A DNA stretch of 64,000 nt from Nitrospiraceae bacterium (GTDB taxonomy: Bacteria; Nitrospirota; Nitrospiria; Nitrospirales; Nitrospiraceae). The translations under genes and the position numbers were made by a program. Numbering within the stretch: position 1 is the first letter of the stretch; each line of letters starts with the position of its first letter. The notes under the pieces were generated by a model that worked only from the letters and a program-made list of their open reading frames with translations, made no database searches and was not told where the DNA came from. This document shows, piece by piece, positions 49,790 to 57,954 of the stretch. The stretch lies in contig JAENWB010000041.1 of assembly GCA_016650275.1 (NCBI GenBank), positions 6,046 through 70,045 on the forward strand, written 5' to 3'.

Positions 49790-49990
49790 GGACTGTGGAA
49801 AAACTCGGGTTTTGTGCAATGCCCTTTGTGATATTACGCATGGTGACAGTATCAGAATAACCAGCAGGATGCTCATAATGGCCGTCCTGCAAGGCCGCAG
49901 CGAGCGAAGAAGCGAGGCGTACGCTCCGGTACGTTGAGCTTCTGAGCGACGCGAGAACGCCGCTGGCAGACTTTTTCAGCATCCTGCTAG
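49790..49990 (-). repeat. Composite repeat, variant 2 (reverse): MITE-like core 49862-49990 plus a diverged tail 49790-49861 pointing at the mutM start
   Basis: CAGCAGGATGCTCATAATGGCCGTCCTGCAAGGCCGCAG ... CGCTGGCAGACTTTTTCAGCATCCTGCTAG. The tail similarity (…TTTTTCCACAGTCC) is recognisable but weak. Confidence 0.7.
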
Positions 49991-50066
49991 ATTAGGCCAT
50001 GAGCAGCACAGGAAAGGCAATGTATGTGAAGAGTCACTGCGGGAAGGCGCGCTTATTCTACTGTGG

Positions 50067-50522
50067 TTATACGCCAGAGGCTAAGTGTGAGGCGAGGTTC
50101 TTCTTGTCCGCCGCACGAGCCTCGCGAAGAAGGCGAACCTGCGTGATGGCTTCTTCAAGATTTGGAAGGGGCGTGGCACCGGGTCGGCGCCTCATGACCA
50201 ACTTCAGGACCTCGGCATACGTCATCCCTTGAACACAACAGAGATAGGCCATGACAACCGACACGGACCGGCCCATGCCGGCGCGGCAACAGACCATGAC
50301 CCGATTTTCTGAATGATGCTGTTCAACCCAGCTCACGGCTCGATCCAACAAGAGCGGTTCGGCTTCGGCATACTCCGAAAATGGAATCCTGCCGGAGAGC
50401 AGCCAACCGGGAGACTCCAACGTATACTCAGCGGCAACGAGGAGCAGCGCGCCGATCTTTACTTGCGGTTCCCTTGCATCGTTGATATTTCCGACCAATA
50501 AAGTCTCGGTAATAAGGTGCAT
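50067..50522 (-). CDS. Dual-specificity (Cys-based) protein phosphatase family protein
   Basis: 151 aa with the CX5R active-site loop VCCRAGMGRS. Confidence 0.75.
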   Translation of the reverse strand: MHLITETLLVGNINDAREPQVKIGALLLVAAEYTLESPGWLLSGRIPFSEYAEAEPLLLDRAVSWVEQHHSENRVMVCCRAGMGRSVSVVMAYLCCVQGMTYAEVLKLVMRRRPGATPLPNLEEAITQVRLLREARAADKKNLASHLASGV

Positions 50523-50654
50523 GGTGGCTTCAGTATAAACGGCGCGCTCGCCAGGTCAAGGAGAAATCTTGATCCTGTCCGGTTGCGGTCGCTTCCATGT
50601 CAACGCTATACTGGGCGCACGAGGTCGTCGACTTCTACACAAGGAGCCTCCCCG

Positions 50655-51014
50655 ATGCCCAACCCGACCGTTGAGGAAGTTGAAACCAGACTTGAGACCA
50701 TTCAGTGCGCCATTTGCAAGGGATCAAGCTTCGGAATCGATCAACGATTCATGAAAGCCGACGGTGAATGGCGTGGCGTCTGTAAAAAATGCTACTACAG
50801 CTTTCCCATCTACACGGATATGGAGTTCTACCTGCGCACACAACCAGATATCCCCTATCGCCTCAAAGAGATGTCCTGTCCGACCTGCAAACACCGAGGC
50901 GTGAACCTCAACTTTCGTGCCACCATGTCCGTCCGAGAATCCATCTATTTCCTGACCTGTACCGCATGCCAGAAGACGTTCCCGGAGCGTTCCTCCCTGG
51001 AAGCCTTTGAATAA
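50655..51014 (+). CDS. Hypothetical protein with two tandem CxxC...CxxC zinc-ribbon-like units
   Basis: Start set at ATG 50655 (AAGGAG at 50641-50646, 8 nt before the ATG). CAIC...CKKC and CPTC...CTAC. No family recognised. Confidence 0.55.
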   Translation: MPNPTVEEVETRLETIQCAICKGSSFGIDQRFMKADGEWRGVCKKCYYSFPIYTDMEFYLRTQPDIPYRLKEMSCPTCKHRGVNLNFRATMSVRESIYFLTCTACQKTFPERSSLEAFE

Positions 51015-51052
51015 CTCCCCTTTTCACCCTCATTCTAGTGTATACTTTCTGT

Positions 51053-51247
51053 ATGAGTAAGACACCAAAGAATCCGGCCAAAGGTCCCGAAACTCCCGCT
51101 CCAGAGCCCGTGGCCAAGAAGAGAAAAGAAATCCCGCTCATTGCCATTCAAGACGATGGTGACATGATCGCCGAGGAAATGGCCGAGATGTTCGACGAAG
51201 ACCGGGTGTCGCATCAACACGGCAGTTCAGAACCGGAAGCCGATTGA
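51053..51247 (+). CDS. Hypothetical small acidic protein
   Basis: 64 codons from ATG 51053. Basic and Pro-rich N-terminus, acidic C-terminus. No clear RBS. Confidence 0.3.
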   Translation: MSKTPKNPAKGPETPAPEPVAKKRKEIPLIAIQDDGDMIAEEMAEMFDEDRVSHQHGSSEPEAD

Positions 51248-51248
51248 C

Positions 51249-51378
51249 GCAGGTTGATGAAAAAGGCTCCCAACTACGTTCTCAGTCGCCCGTCCCCCTC
51301 AACATACCCACAAATAGTACGCCTCGCGGTCCGAGCTCCTTGCGGCCTTGTTGGCGAGCATTTTTGAGCAACCTGCGG
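51249..51378 (+). repeat. MITE-like palindromic element (diverged copy, core only)
   Basis: GCAGGTTGATGAAAAAGGCTCCCAAC ... CTTGCGGCCTTGTTGGCGAGCATTTTTGAGCAACCTGC. Confidence 0.7.
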
Positions 51379-51409
51379 GACAAGATCAAGTAAAGACTGG
51401 CGACCACTT

Positions 51410-51884
51410 TTATCCACTCCCCCGACATAGCTCCCACGCCTTTTCAAAAATGCTCTTAGGACCGTGGCAACGGATCATCCGGTGACCATCAGAAACTTCA
51501 GATTGCCAAAATGCGACACCGCGAAAGTATCGTTTTTCGTCCCAACTTATCTCCTTAGAGTTCGTCATCGAAAGTTTGATCTCCCAAAGCCCACCACCAC
51601 TCACGCCACCGAAGCTCAAAGGAACGCCCGGAAGTTGCAAATTAGCTCCGAGGTCAAAGTAATCACAACCGTCTCGTTGGTGCACCTGCTGTACGGATGA
51701 AAAGAACGCGGTCCCATGGACATGACCTTCAATAGTTCTTGTCTCTGGATGTGGTTGAAACTCACTGAACTCCCCCACCATGCCTGTTACTGCCAAAAGT
51801 CCATTCTCAGTCGCTGGTGGGCACGATGTACGGGCCTCCTTCTGTCGAGCAAGATTTAAAAAGGACTTGCGCGCAGTTATGGTG
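51410..51884 (-). pseudogene. Trypsin-like serine peptidase, C-terminal part (IS-disrupted)
   Basis: Contains the catalytic Ser context GGVSGGGLW. Native sequence begins right after the GTG target duplication. Lower GC. The track ORF's N-terminal 58 codons read into the IS end. Confidence 0.8.
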
Positions 51885-52950
51885 CTTGGAGTCAGACATT
51901 TAACGCAACGGATATGAGTGTTATGTATCCGTATGCAGACCACCACACTATACCGGCGGCTGTCATCCACTGAGCGCGAGGAAGTCAGCCGAAGCCTGGC
52001 ACAAGAGATTGGGCTCTCAGCCATTGCACGGCGGTTGGGTCGCGCGCCGAGCACCGTCGCTCGCGAAGTCCGTCACAATAGCGGGAAGAGCGGGTATCGC
52101 GCCTTCTCGGCAGGGAACCGCGCGAACGCGCGGGCCTCCTCCCGCAACCAGGGCAAGAGTCGGTTGACACGCGACGATCGCCTGCGAGGCTACGTCCTGG
52201 AAAAATTGCGGAAGCGCGGGGCCCCCCGCGAGATCGTCAAGCGCCTCGCAGCAGTGTATCCTGGTGAGAGGACCATGCGTATCTCGCACGAGGCCATCTA
52301 CCGCGATATCTACGTGCTCCCGCGCGGGGCGTTGAAAGCCACGCTCATTCAGGCGCTGCGGCAAGCACGCGCCTACCGGAGGACGCGAAAAAGCCAGGAC
52401 CACGAGGAAACACGCGGCAAACTCGTGGCCATGCTCTCGATCGAGGAGCGGCCTCACGATGTGGCTGCCCGCACCATACCCGGCCACTGGGAGGGCGATC
52501 TCATCCTGGGTAAGCATCAGCGCCCCGCGCTCGGCACCTTGGTGGAACGCACGACGCGGTATACCCTGCTAGTCCCCCTCAAAGCGAACGACGCAACCTC
52601 GGTGCGGAAAGCCTATGCCAAAGCCCTCAGATCATTGCCTCAGGAAATCACCAAGACCTTGACCTCTGATCAAGGCAAAGAGATGAGCGAACACAAACAG
52701 TTTACGATTGATACCGGGATCACCGTCTACTTCGCGCATCCTGGTGCTCCGTGGGAACGTGGCACCAATGAAAACACCAATGGCCTACTCCGGCAGTACT
52801 TTCCGAAAGGCACGGAGCTTGACAAGGTTTCGACGCGGGAAATCAAACGGGTCCAGCGCGAACTGAATGACCGTCCCCGCGCCGTGCTACACTGGCAGAA
52901 ACCAACGGAGGTCATTAATCACCTCGTTGCGTTAAACGTTTGAAACCAAG
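51885..52950 (+). mobile_element. IS30-family insertion sequence, 1066 bp, with imperfect 27-bp terminal inverted repeats (22 of 27) and a 3-bp GTG target-site duplication
   Basis: Left IR cttggagtcagacatttaacgcaacgg vs reverse complement of right IR cttggtttcaaacgtttaacgcaacga. GTG at 51882-51884 and 52951-52953. Confidence 0.85.
51933..52943 (+). CDS. IS30-family DDE transposase
   Basis: About 336 aa from ATG 51933 (the track starts at GTG 51918). N-terminal HTH, the IS30 hallmark GHWEGDLI, and DQGKEM. The stop lies inside the right IR. Confidence 0.9.
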   Translation: MQTTTLYRRLSSTEREEVSRSLAQEIGLSAIARRLGRAPSTVAREVRHNSGKSGYRAFSAGNRANARASSRNQGKSRLTRDDRLRGYVLEKLRKRGAPREIVKRLAAVYPGERTMRISHEAIYRDIYVLPRGALKATLIQALRQARAYRRTRKSQDHEETRGKLVAMLSIEERPHDVAARTIPGHWEGDLILGKHQRPALGTLVERTTRYTLLVPLKANDATSVRKAYAKALRSLPQEITKTLTSDQGKEMSEHKQFTIDTGITVYFAHPGAPWERGTNENTNGLLRQYFPKGTELDKVSTREIKRVQRELNDRPRAVLHWQKPTEVINHLVALNV

Positions 52951-53312
52951 GTGGGAATAACAGGTGGCGCGAGTTTCAAGAGCGCAATATCTGGTCCCCA
53001 TTCCGAGACCTCTCCTTTCCACAACTCTTTCGCACAGATAGAATCACGTGGCATCATAAACGATGACTGTTGGTCCGTGAGAACTAGGCCTATCTGCTCC
53101 ACCCCTCTGGTCGCATGCCAGACATGAGCGGCAGTCAGGATGTAAAAAGAGCCTTCGATCTCCACCAGGGTACCGGACCCGATAAGCCTAAGACGAGGCT
53201 GTGGTTTCTCTGGCAAGACCACATATAGCGCAACAAGGTAGTTCTTGAGTGAAAGAATGACTTCGTCCAACACTGCCTGCGGAATGTCTCTGGATCGAAT
53301 TTCACTGCTCAC
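52951..53312 (-). pseudogene. Trypsin-like serine peptidase, N-terminal part (IS-disrupted)
   Basis: GTG start 53312 with GGGAGAG upstream. Catalytic His context ILTAAHV and Asp context DIALLKL. The last 5 codons of the track ORF are IS-derived. Confidence 0.8.
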
Positions 53313-53397
53313 ATGTCTCTCCCTAGAGTGTTGTAGAAAATCCTATGCGCTTTTTCAGAGCGGTACAAGTACGGTATGCGCAGTCAGATTCGAGAAA

Positions 53398-53426
53398 CGG
53401 GACCGGTCTATAAGCGACCGGTCCCG
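53398..53426. other. Perfect 11-bp stem hairpin (cgggaccggtc-tataagc-gaccggtcccg)
   Basis: Read directly. On the minus strand it is followed by TTTCTCG only, so terminator function is uncertain. Confidence 0.5.
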
Positions 53427-53466
53427 TCTCCATACTCTCAAGGTAGCATGCGGCATTGAGCGACTT

Positions 53467-53640
53467 GCGCCGGAGCGGCAGGGTCCCCACCCGGCGTCTG
53501 AAGAAGGAAAGCTGGAACTGACTGAAGCACTGCGATCGAATGATCGCAGCTGAAGGAATTCCAGAAGGTTTCCGCTTCAGAGCGCCGAGGAAGGGGTGCC
53601 GCGGGAGGCGCTGAAGCGAGAGGGTGCATGCTTCCTTCTG
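53467..53640. ncRNA. Candidate structured RNA or leader: three local hairpins enclosed by a long-range helix
   Basis: Pairings seen: 53467-53473/53491-53497; 53530-53537/53542-53549 (8 bp, GAAT loop); 53573-53586/53607-53618 (12 bp, one bulge); 53500-53512/53630-53640. No convincing ORF. Strand undetermined. Confidence 0.3.
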
Positions 53641-53775
53641 ATCTGATTGCATCGAATTCAGTAACGACGATGACCCGCCCGCCCTTCGCCAGCCAAGGCC
53701 TTCTTTCTGCATGACGCCTCGCCCGATGGCTGGTGCCGTTGGTCACCTGGCACCAGCCTTCGACCCGCACCTCGC

Positions 53776-54999
53776 TCAGGCCTGCCGAACAATCTGCACC
53801 GACGCATCACTCTCAATTCTTCCAACTGGCGACACTTTCCCTTCTCGTTCCTTGCGTACGATCCGCTCGATCTGCACGATGGCGCCGCGATGCCAGCTAT
53901 CGACAGCCGCATTTTGAGGAGAGGCCTTCCGATCCAGCCGACCGACTTCTGGCCGTCCTGTTTCATTGCACAACCAGGCCCGCTTCTCCCCCTTCAATTT
54001 TCGTAGTTCGCTCACGACCCGGAAAGTCTGCGGGCTGCGCGGCACAATGGAACGACCGTCGGTGCGCAACAGCAGATAGGAAAACTTCAACGCGTCTTTA
54101 ATGAATCCCACATCCCGATCGATCGCGGCAATCGCAGGAGGCGTCTGCCACGGTCGCTCCTCATGACACCAATCGTCTGGATGGTCTAAGGCTGGACAGC
54201 CCCCCTCATGTAGGCAAGGACTATACACAGTACAAAGACCCTGCTTGAGCAGGTGATTACGCAGATGATGCAGCGCTCGAGCCGTCTGCCGCAGTGCCGG
54301 CTCGACGATCATGATGGTGCCATGCGGTGCAAGAAACGGTAGGAGTTGCGCGACAACCGCAGCACGCTCTACTGGGGGATCGACTGATGCAGAAAACAGC
54401 TCATTGAGGCAGTTCGCCATGATAATAAGCTCAAACGGCCCGCCCCGCACAATCTGCTTACCAAGATCGCCTTTGAGCGGATGTTCCAGGTTGCCCTTGA
54501 CACACCGGAGGCCTTTGCTGGATATTCCAACCTCCTGGCAATAGGCCTCCCACAGCCTCTCCGTGTCCCGCAATGGTGCATGGGAAGCATCGGCAGCCAG
54601 GACCGACAGAGACCTTGTGCGCTCCGGGCTGCGATGCCAGAGCCAATCTAGCAAGGCTAAGGCCCCAGTCCCTGGGCCACAGCCAAGGTCAAGTACGGCC
54701 ATTGGATGTTCAGGCGTTTCAGTACTGCTGTCCTCTGGAAGTTCATCCAACAGGGCTTGGACTTTTGACAGGTTCACGGGCAGAAAGTAGGCCCGATAGG
54801 CGGCAGCGTGGGCGGGATCATCCAGATAATGCAGTGGCAATGTTGCACGTGCTGTCGTAAAGAGACGTGAAAGGTTCACGACCGCCTGTGCCAAGCCACC
54901 ACCCTGATGTTCCCGTTCAGGCGACACCTTTGCCAGCACCTTCATGATTTGCGATGACAGGCTGGACGGCTCCTTCTCGTTGAAGGGTTGCACGGGCAT
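53776..54999 (-). CDS. Rsm22-like SAM-dependent methyltransferase
   Basis: 407 aa with SAM motif I VLDLGCGPGTG and a Cys cluster (CLHEGGCPALDHPDDWCHE), as recalled for the Rsm22 (PF09243) family. Confidence 0.6.
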   Translation of the reverse strand: MPVQPFNEKEPSSLSSQIMKVLAKVSPEREHQGGGLAQAVVNLSRLFTTARATLPLHYLDDPAHAAAYRAYFLPVNLSKVQALLDELPEDSSTETPEHPMAVLDLGCGPGTGALALLDWLWHRSPERTRSLSVLAADASHAPLRDTERLWEAYCQEVGISSKGLRCVKGNLEHPLKGDLGKQIVRGGPFELIIMANCLNELFSASVDPPVERAAVVAQLLPFLAPHGTIMIVEPALRQTARALHHLRNHLLKQGLCTVYSPCLHEGGCPALDHPDDWCHEERPWQTPPAIAAIDRDVGFIKDALKFSYLLLRTDGRSIVPRSPQTFRVVSELRKLKGEKRAWLCNETGRPEVGRLDRKASPQNAAVDSWHRGAIVQIERIVRKEREGKVSPVGRIESDASVQIVRQA

Positions 55000-55031
55000 A
55001 GTGTAAGCTGAAGTCGATTAGGAGGACAACC

Positions 55032-55280
55032 ATGACAGACGCAATTTTATTGGCCTACAAAGATGTGGAACGCTCGATGGAACGATTCACCGAACTCCTT
55101 CACAGCCACGTGGAGACGATGGGCGCGGCCCCATCCCACGACGCCGACCAAGTCTTCCGCTTGTCGCAAGGCTCTAAGGCGATGCGGGACAGTGCGATGA
55201 TCTACCTCTCCTATGCCAAATACGTGGCCTATGGCATGCCGGAGAGTGAGGACATGGTGCAGGACGAGCTCCAGGGATAG
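55032..55280 (+). CDS. Hypothetical 82-aa protein
   Basis: Strong RBS (TAGGAGG at 55019-55025, 6 nt before the ATG) and helical-looking sequence. No family recognised. Confidence 0.5.
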   Translation: MTDAILLAYKDVERSMERFTELLHSHVETMGAAPSHDADQVFRLSQGSKAMRDSAMIYLSYAKYVAYGMPESEDMVQDELQG

Positions 55281-55287
55281 CGAGACA

Positions 55288-55356
55288 TTTGATTGGTCTA
55301 TCTGGTTTATCTGGTCTATCTCGTTGAACCAGACAAACCAGATGGACCGGAGAGAC
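55288..55356. repeat. 9-nt-repeat hairpin (third copy, without flanking word or tail)
   Basis: gattggtct atctggttt atctggtct atctc gttg aaccagaca aaccagatg gaccggaga. Confidence 0.7.
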
Positions 55357-55359
55357 TGA

Positions 55360-55407
55360 GAAACACCACGGGCCCATCCGGATGACCGGATGGGCCCGTG
55401 GTGTTTC
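55360..55407. terminator. 22-bp perfect-stem hairpin between convergent genes (bidirectional terminator candidate)
   Basis: gaaacaccacgggcccatccgg-atga-ccggatgggcccgtggtgtttc. The stem ends in TTTC/GAAA on both sides. Confidence 0.65.
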
Positions 55408-55423
55408 TGCTTCTACAACCGTT

Positions 55424-56782
55424 CTAGATACTGCGCATGAAATGCGCCACGTCATCCTGATTGACGGCTCCACCCATGATTGAGGACATCGCCACGTTGG
55501 TCGACTTCTTCCCGGTCAGACCGGACTCGACTTCGTCCACGATCAACTCCACCGGCATCGACTGACCACCATATACCCTCGGGCCGCCGATGATCTTGGC
55601 GTTAGAATACCCGTAGATCGCCGTGGCTACTTCTTTGGCCAGCCATCCGACGAAATTGAACTCCGGAACAACGATGAGCTTCGCCTTGCCACAGAGCTGC
55701 CGTAACTCCTGCGTCGGAAATGGACGAATTGACCGGACCTTGATCAAGCCGATCTTGATGCCCTTTTCTGCGCAGATGCGAACGGCTTCCCGTGACTGGG
55801 CCGCGGCACTGCCAGAGGCAATGATGACTGCCTCGGCATCATCCACGTTTTCAGCTGTAAGCAAACCACCTATATACTGATTGATGTACTTGCGAGACCG
55901 TTCGACTGCAGCCCACACTTCCTGCTGCCAGACCGCATGGATATTGTAGGCCATGAAATTTGATTTCTGAACCGGAGCGTCGCGGGACAAACGGGCGGGA
56001 GGATTCTCCGCATCGAGGACCGGCACTGCGCCGCGCCACGCGTCACGCGGGGGAAGCTTCATGCTGCGGTCCTGCATCCGGACGTACCCACGGGCATGGG
56101 TCACGAAAAATCCGTCGCAACAGACACCGACCGGGAGCGTCACATCGTTCTTCTCGCTGATTATGAATCCAGCCATGAGGAAATCATACATATCCTGCTG
56201 GTTTTCAGCATGGAGGACGATCATGCCGGAGTTCAATAAATAGGCAACTTCGATGTTGTCCGGCTGAATGGCCAACGGGGCGTTGACGACGCGGCAGGTG
56301 AACATGGCAACAATGGGCAGCCGATGCCCGGGCCATGACGAGATGCCTTCAAGACCCCTCAGCGTACCGGGGCCAGCGGTCGCCGTAAAACAGCGAACAC
56401 CAGCTCGCGATCCGCCGGCCATCGCTGCCATGACACCGACTTCTTCTTCACCACGGTAATACTCTTTCACATACCCTTCGCCGTAGAGCACTCCGATGAG
56501 CTGCATCGTTTCGCTTTGCGGGGTGATCGGATAGGCAATGGCCAGGTCCACGTTAGAGCGCCGAACGGCCTCTTTCGCCGCTTCGCTGCCCGTAATGAAC
56601 TCTTTCGTCCGCGGAGCTTCGAGGAACAAGTATTCCGGCGTGACTATCTTCTGCCGTTTCGCTTCTGCATGGGGGTCTTTCCTTGCGCCTGTCGTCTCGG
56701 CCGGTTTAGGCGCAACGACACTCGTGATGGGATCGCCCTGCGGGTTTGTCTTCTGTTCTGCTTCGAGTGCTTCGCTCATCAT
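55424..56782 (-). CDS. 2-oxoacid:ferredoxin oxidoreductase alpha subunit
   Basis: 452 aa with a POR_N-type domain (GSEAAKEAVRRSNVDLAIAYPITPQSE) and an N-terminal extension of about 60 aa. Confidence 0.85.
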   Translation of the reverse strand: MMSEALEAEQKTNPQGDPITSVVAPKPAETTGARKDPHAEAKRQKIVTPEYLFLEAPRTKEFITGSEAAKEAVRRSNVDLAIAYPITPQSETMQLIGVLYGEGYVKEYYRGEEEVGVMAAMAGGSRAGVRCFTATAGPGTLRGLEGISSWPGHRLPIVAMFTCRVVNAPLAIQPDNIEVAYLLNSGMIVLHAENQQDMYDFLMAGFIISEKNDVTLPVGVCCDGFFVTHARGYVRMQDRSMKLPPRDAWRGAVPVLDAENPPARLSRDAPVQKSNFMAYNIHAVWQQEVWAAVERSRKYINQYIGGLLTAENVDDAEAVIIASGSAAAQSREAVRICAEKGIKIGLIKVRSIRPFPTQELRQLCGKAKLIVVPEFNFVGWLAKEVATAIYGYSNAKIIGGPRVYGGQSMPVELIVDEVESGLTGKKSTNVAMSSIMGGAVNQDDVAHFMRSI

Positions 56783-56821
56783 GACACCTCTTGGCTATAT
56801 CGCCCGTACTGTTGACCTTAC

Positions 56822-57583
56822 TTAGCCTTCACGCTTCATCTGCTCGGCCGAATGGCCAAAGGCAGCCGCGCCGGCAAGGCCCGCCACAGGCGCAAAGGTG
56901 AGTGGATTGGTGTGAGTTTTCCCGCCGTGAACTCTCGATTGCGTACCGGTAAATCGTACGTTCTCGCCATTCTCCGGTAACTTAATGCCCATTTCTTCAC
57001 GCACCCGCTTGAAGACCTGCGCGGTCTTTCTCAACTTGATGATGTCCGAATCCCGAATCGTCAGCATCGCATCTTCATGCCCCTGCTCCGCACAGATCGC
57101 CATCGTCAGGCAGTTCGTCCCGGCACGAATCATTTTCAAGGTCAAGTTGGCGTAATGGCAATGCACGCCGATGAAGACGCAGGCTTCGATCTTATTGCCC
57201 CAAATCGTGAGGTTCGGATGGTTCGGATTGATGACCTCTTCCGGGTCGATCTTCGGATACTTCGGACGATAGTCCGGCATGGGGATGATCATGACGTCAG
57301 GAATCTGGGCGGCGATCTCCAGCACGGCTTTGGCCTTTTCAACGGCATGCTCGTTCCAGGCCCAGAGCACCAACGGTCCTGGGAAGATCGTGGCGTTGGG
57401 GCAGGTCAGCATCTTGCGGGCCATCTCTTCGATGACCTTGTCCTCATTCTCCTCCAGCAACCCATAGTAGAGCCCCTGCCCTGGGTCAGGCAGCGCGACC
57501 CCCAACTGAGCCGCCGATGGAGGATGGAATCCTGCCGGACCAGGAACAATGATGCGTTCTCTTGTATCTGACGTCGTTGCCAC
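56822..57583 (-). CDS. Additional (fifth) subunit of the five-subunit 2-oxoacid:ferredoxin oxidoreductase
   Basis: 253-aa ORF embedded in the operon, 12 nt after the delta gene and 39 nt before the alpha gene. The assignment rests on operon position and recalled Hydrogenobacter/Nitrospira five-subunit enzymes. Confidence 0.55.
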   Translation of the reverse strand: MATTSDTRERIIVPGPAGFHPPSAAQLGVALPDPGQGLYYGLLEENEDKVIEEMARKMLTCPNATIFPGPLVLWAWNEHAVEKAKAVLEIAAQIPDVMIIPMPDYRPKYPKIDPEEVINPNHPNLTIWGNKIEACVFIGVHCHYANLTLKMIRAGTNCLTMAICAEQGHEDAMLTIRDSDIIKLRKTAQVFKRVREEMGIKLPENGENVRFTGTQSRVHGGKTHTNPLTFAPVAGLAGAAAFGHSAEQMKREG

Positions 57584-57595
57584 TCCCGTACCTCC

Positions 57596-57928
57596 CTAAT
57601 TACCTATTACAATCATTGGATCGGACAGGACCGCAACGGTGGTCTTCTCTTCATACCGAATGTTATCGGTGACGGCAGCCAGCGGCAATTGATCGATCAT
57701 AACCATCTTAATGGCATTATTTTTTGCCATCGTGTCGCACACCCACACACATAGCGCACAACCCTTGCACCGATCCACCGCTATGTAGGCAGTGCCGTAC
57801 TTGAAGCCCCTATCCGTCCCCATGGCTTCGCTATACTGAATGGTGTTCGCTTCAGGACAATATTGCGTGCAGAGCTTGCAGCTCTTCGAAGCGCAAATCT
57901 CAACGTCGATATTAGCGACCAGATACAT
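57596..57928 (-). CDS. 2-oxoacid:ferredoxin oxidoreductase delta subunit (2x[4Fe-4S] ferredoxin-like)
   Basis: 110 aa with CKLCTQYCP and CKGCALCVWVC motifs. Confidence 0.8.
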   Translation of the reverse strand: MYLVANIDVEICASKSCKLCTQYCPEANTIQYSEAMGTDRGFKYGTAYIAVDRCKGCALCVWVCDTMAKNNAIKMVMIDQLPLAAVTDNIRYEEKTTVAVLSDPMIVIGN

Positions 57929-57954
57929 GGTGACTCCTTCGTACTAAATCCTGG

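Noticed and set aside
51410-52054. The full 214-aa minus-strand ORF as an intact gene overlapping the IS30 transposase start
   Set aside because: Its first 58 codons are read-through into the IS left end. Native coding sequence begins only after the GTG target duplication at 51884.
53323-53770. 129-aa and 110-aa overlapping minus-strand ORFs upstream of the protease
   Set aside because: The two frames overlap each other. Both are Arg/Ala/Pro/Ser-rich with no RBS and no recognisable motif, and the region is dominated by hairpins. It was treated as non-coding or decayed sequence instead.
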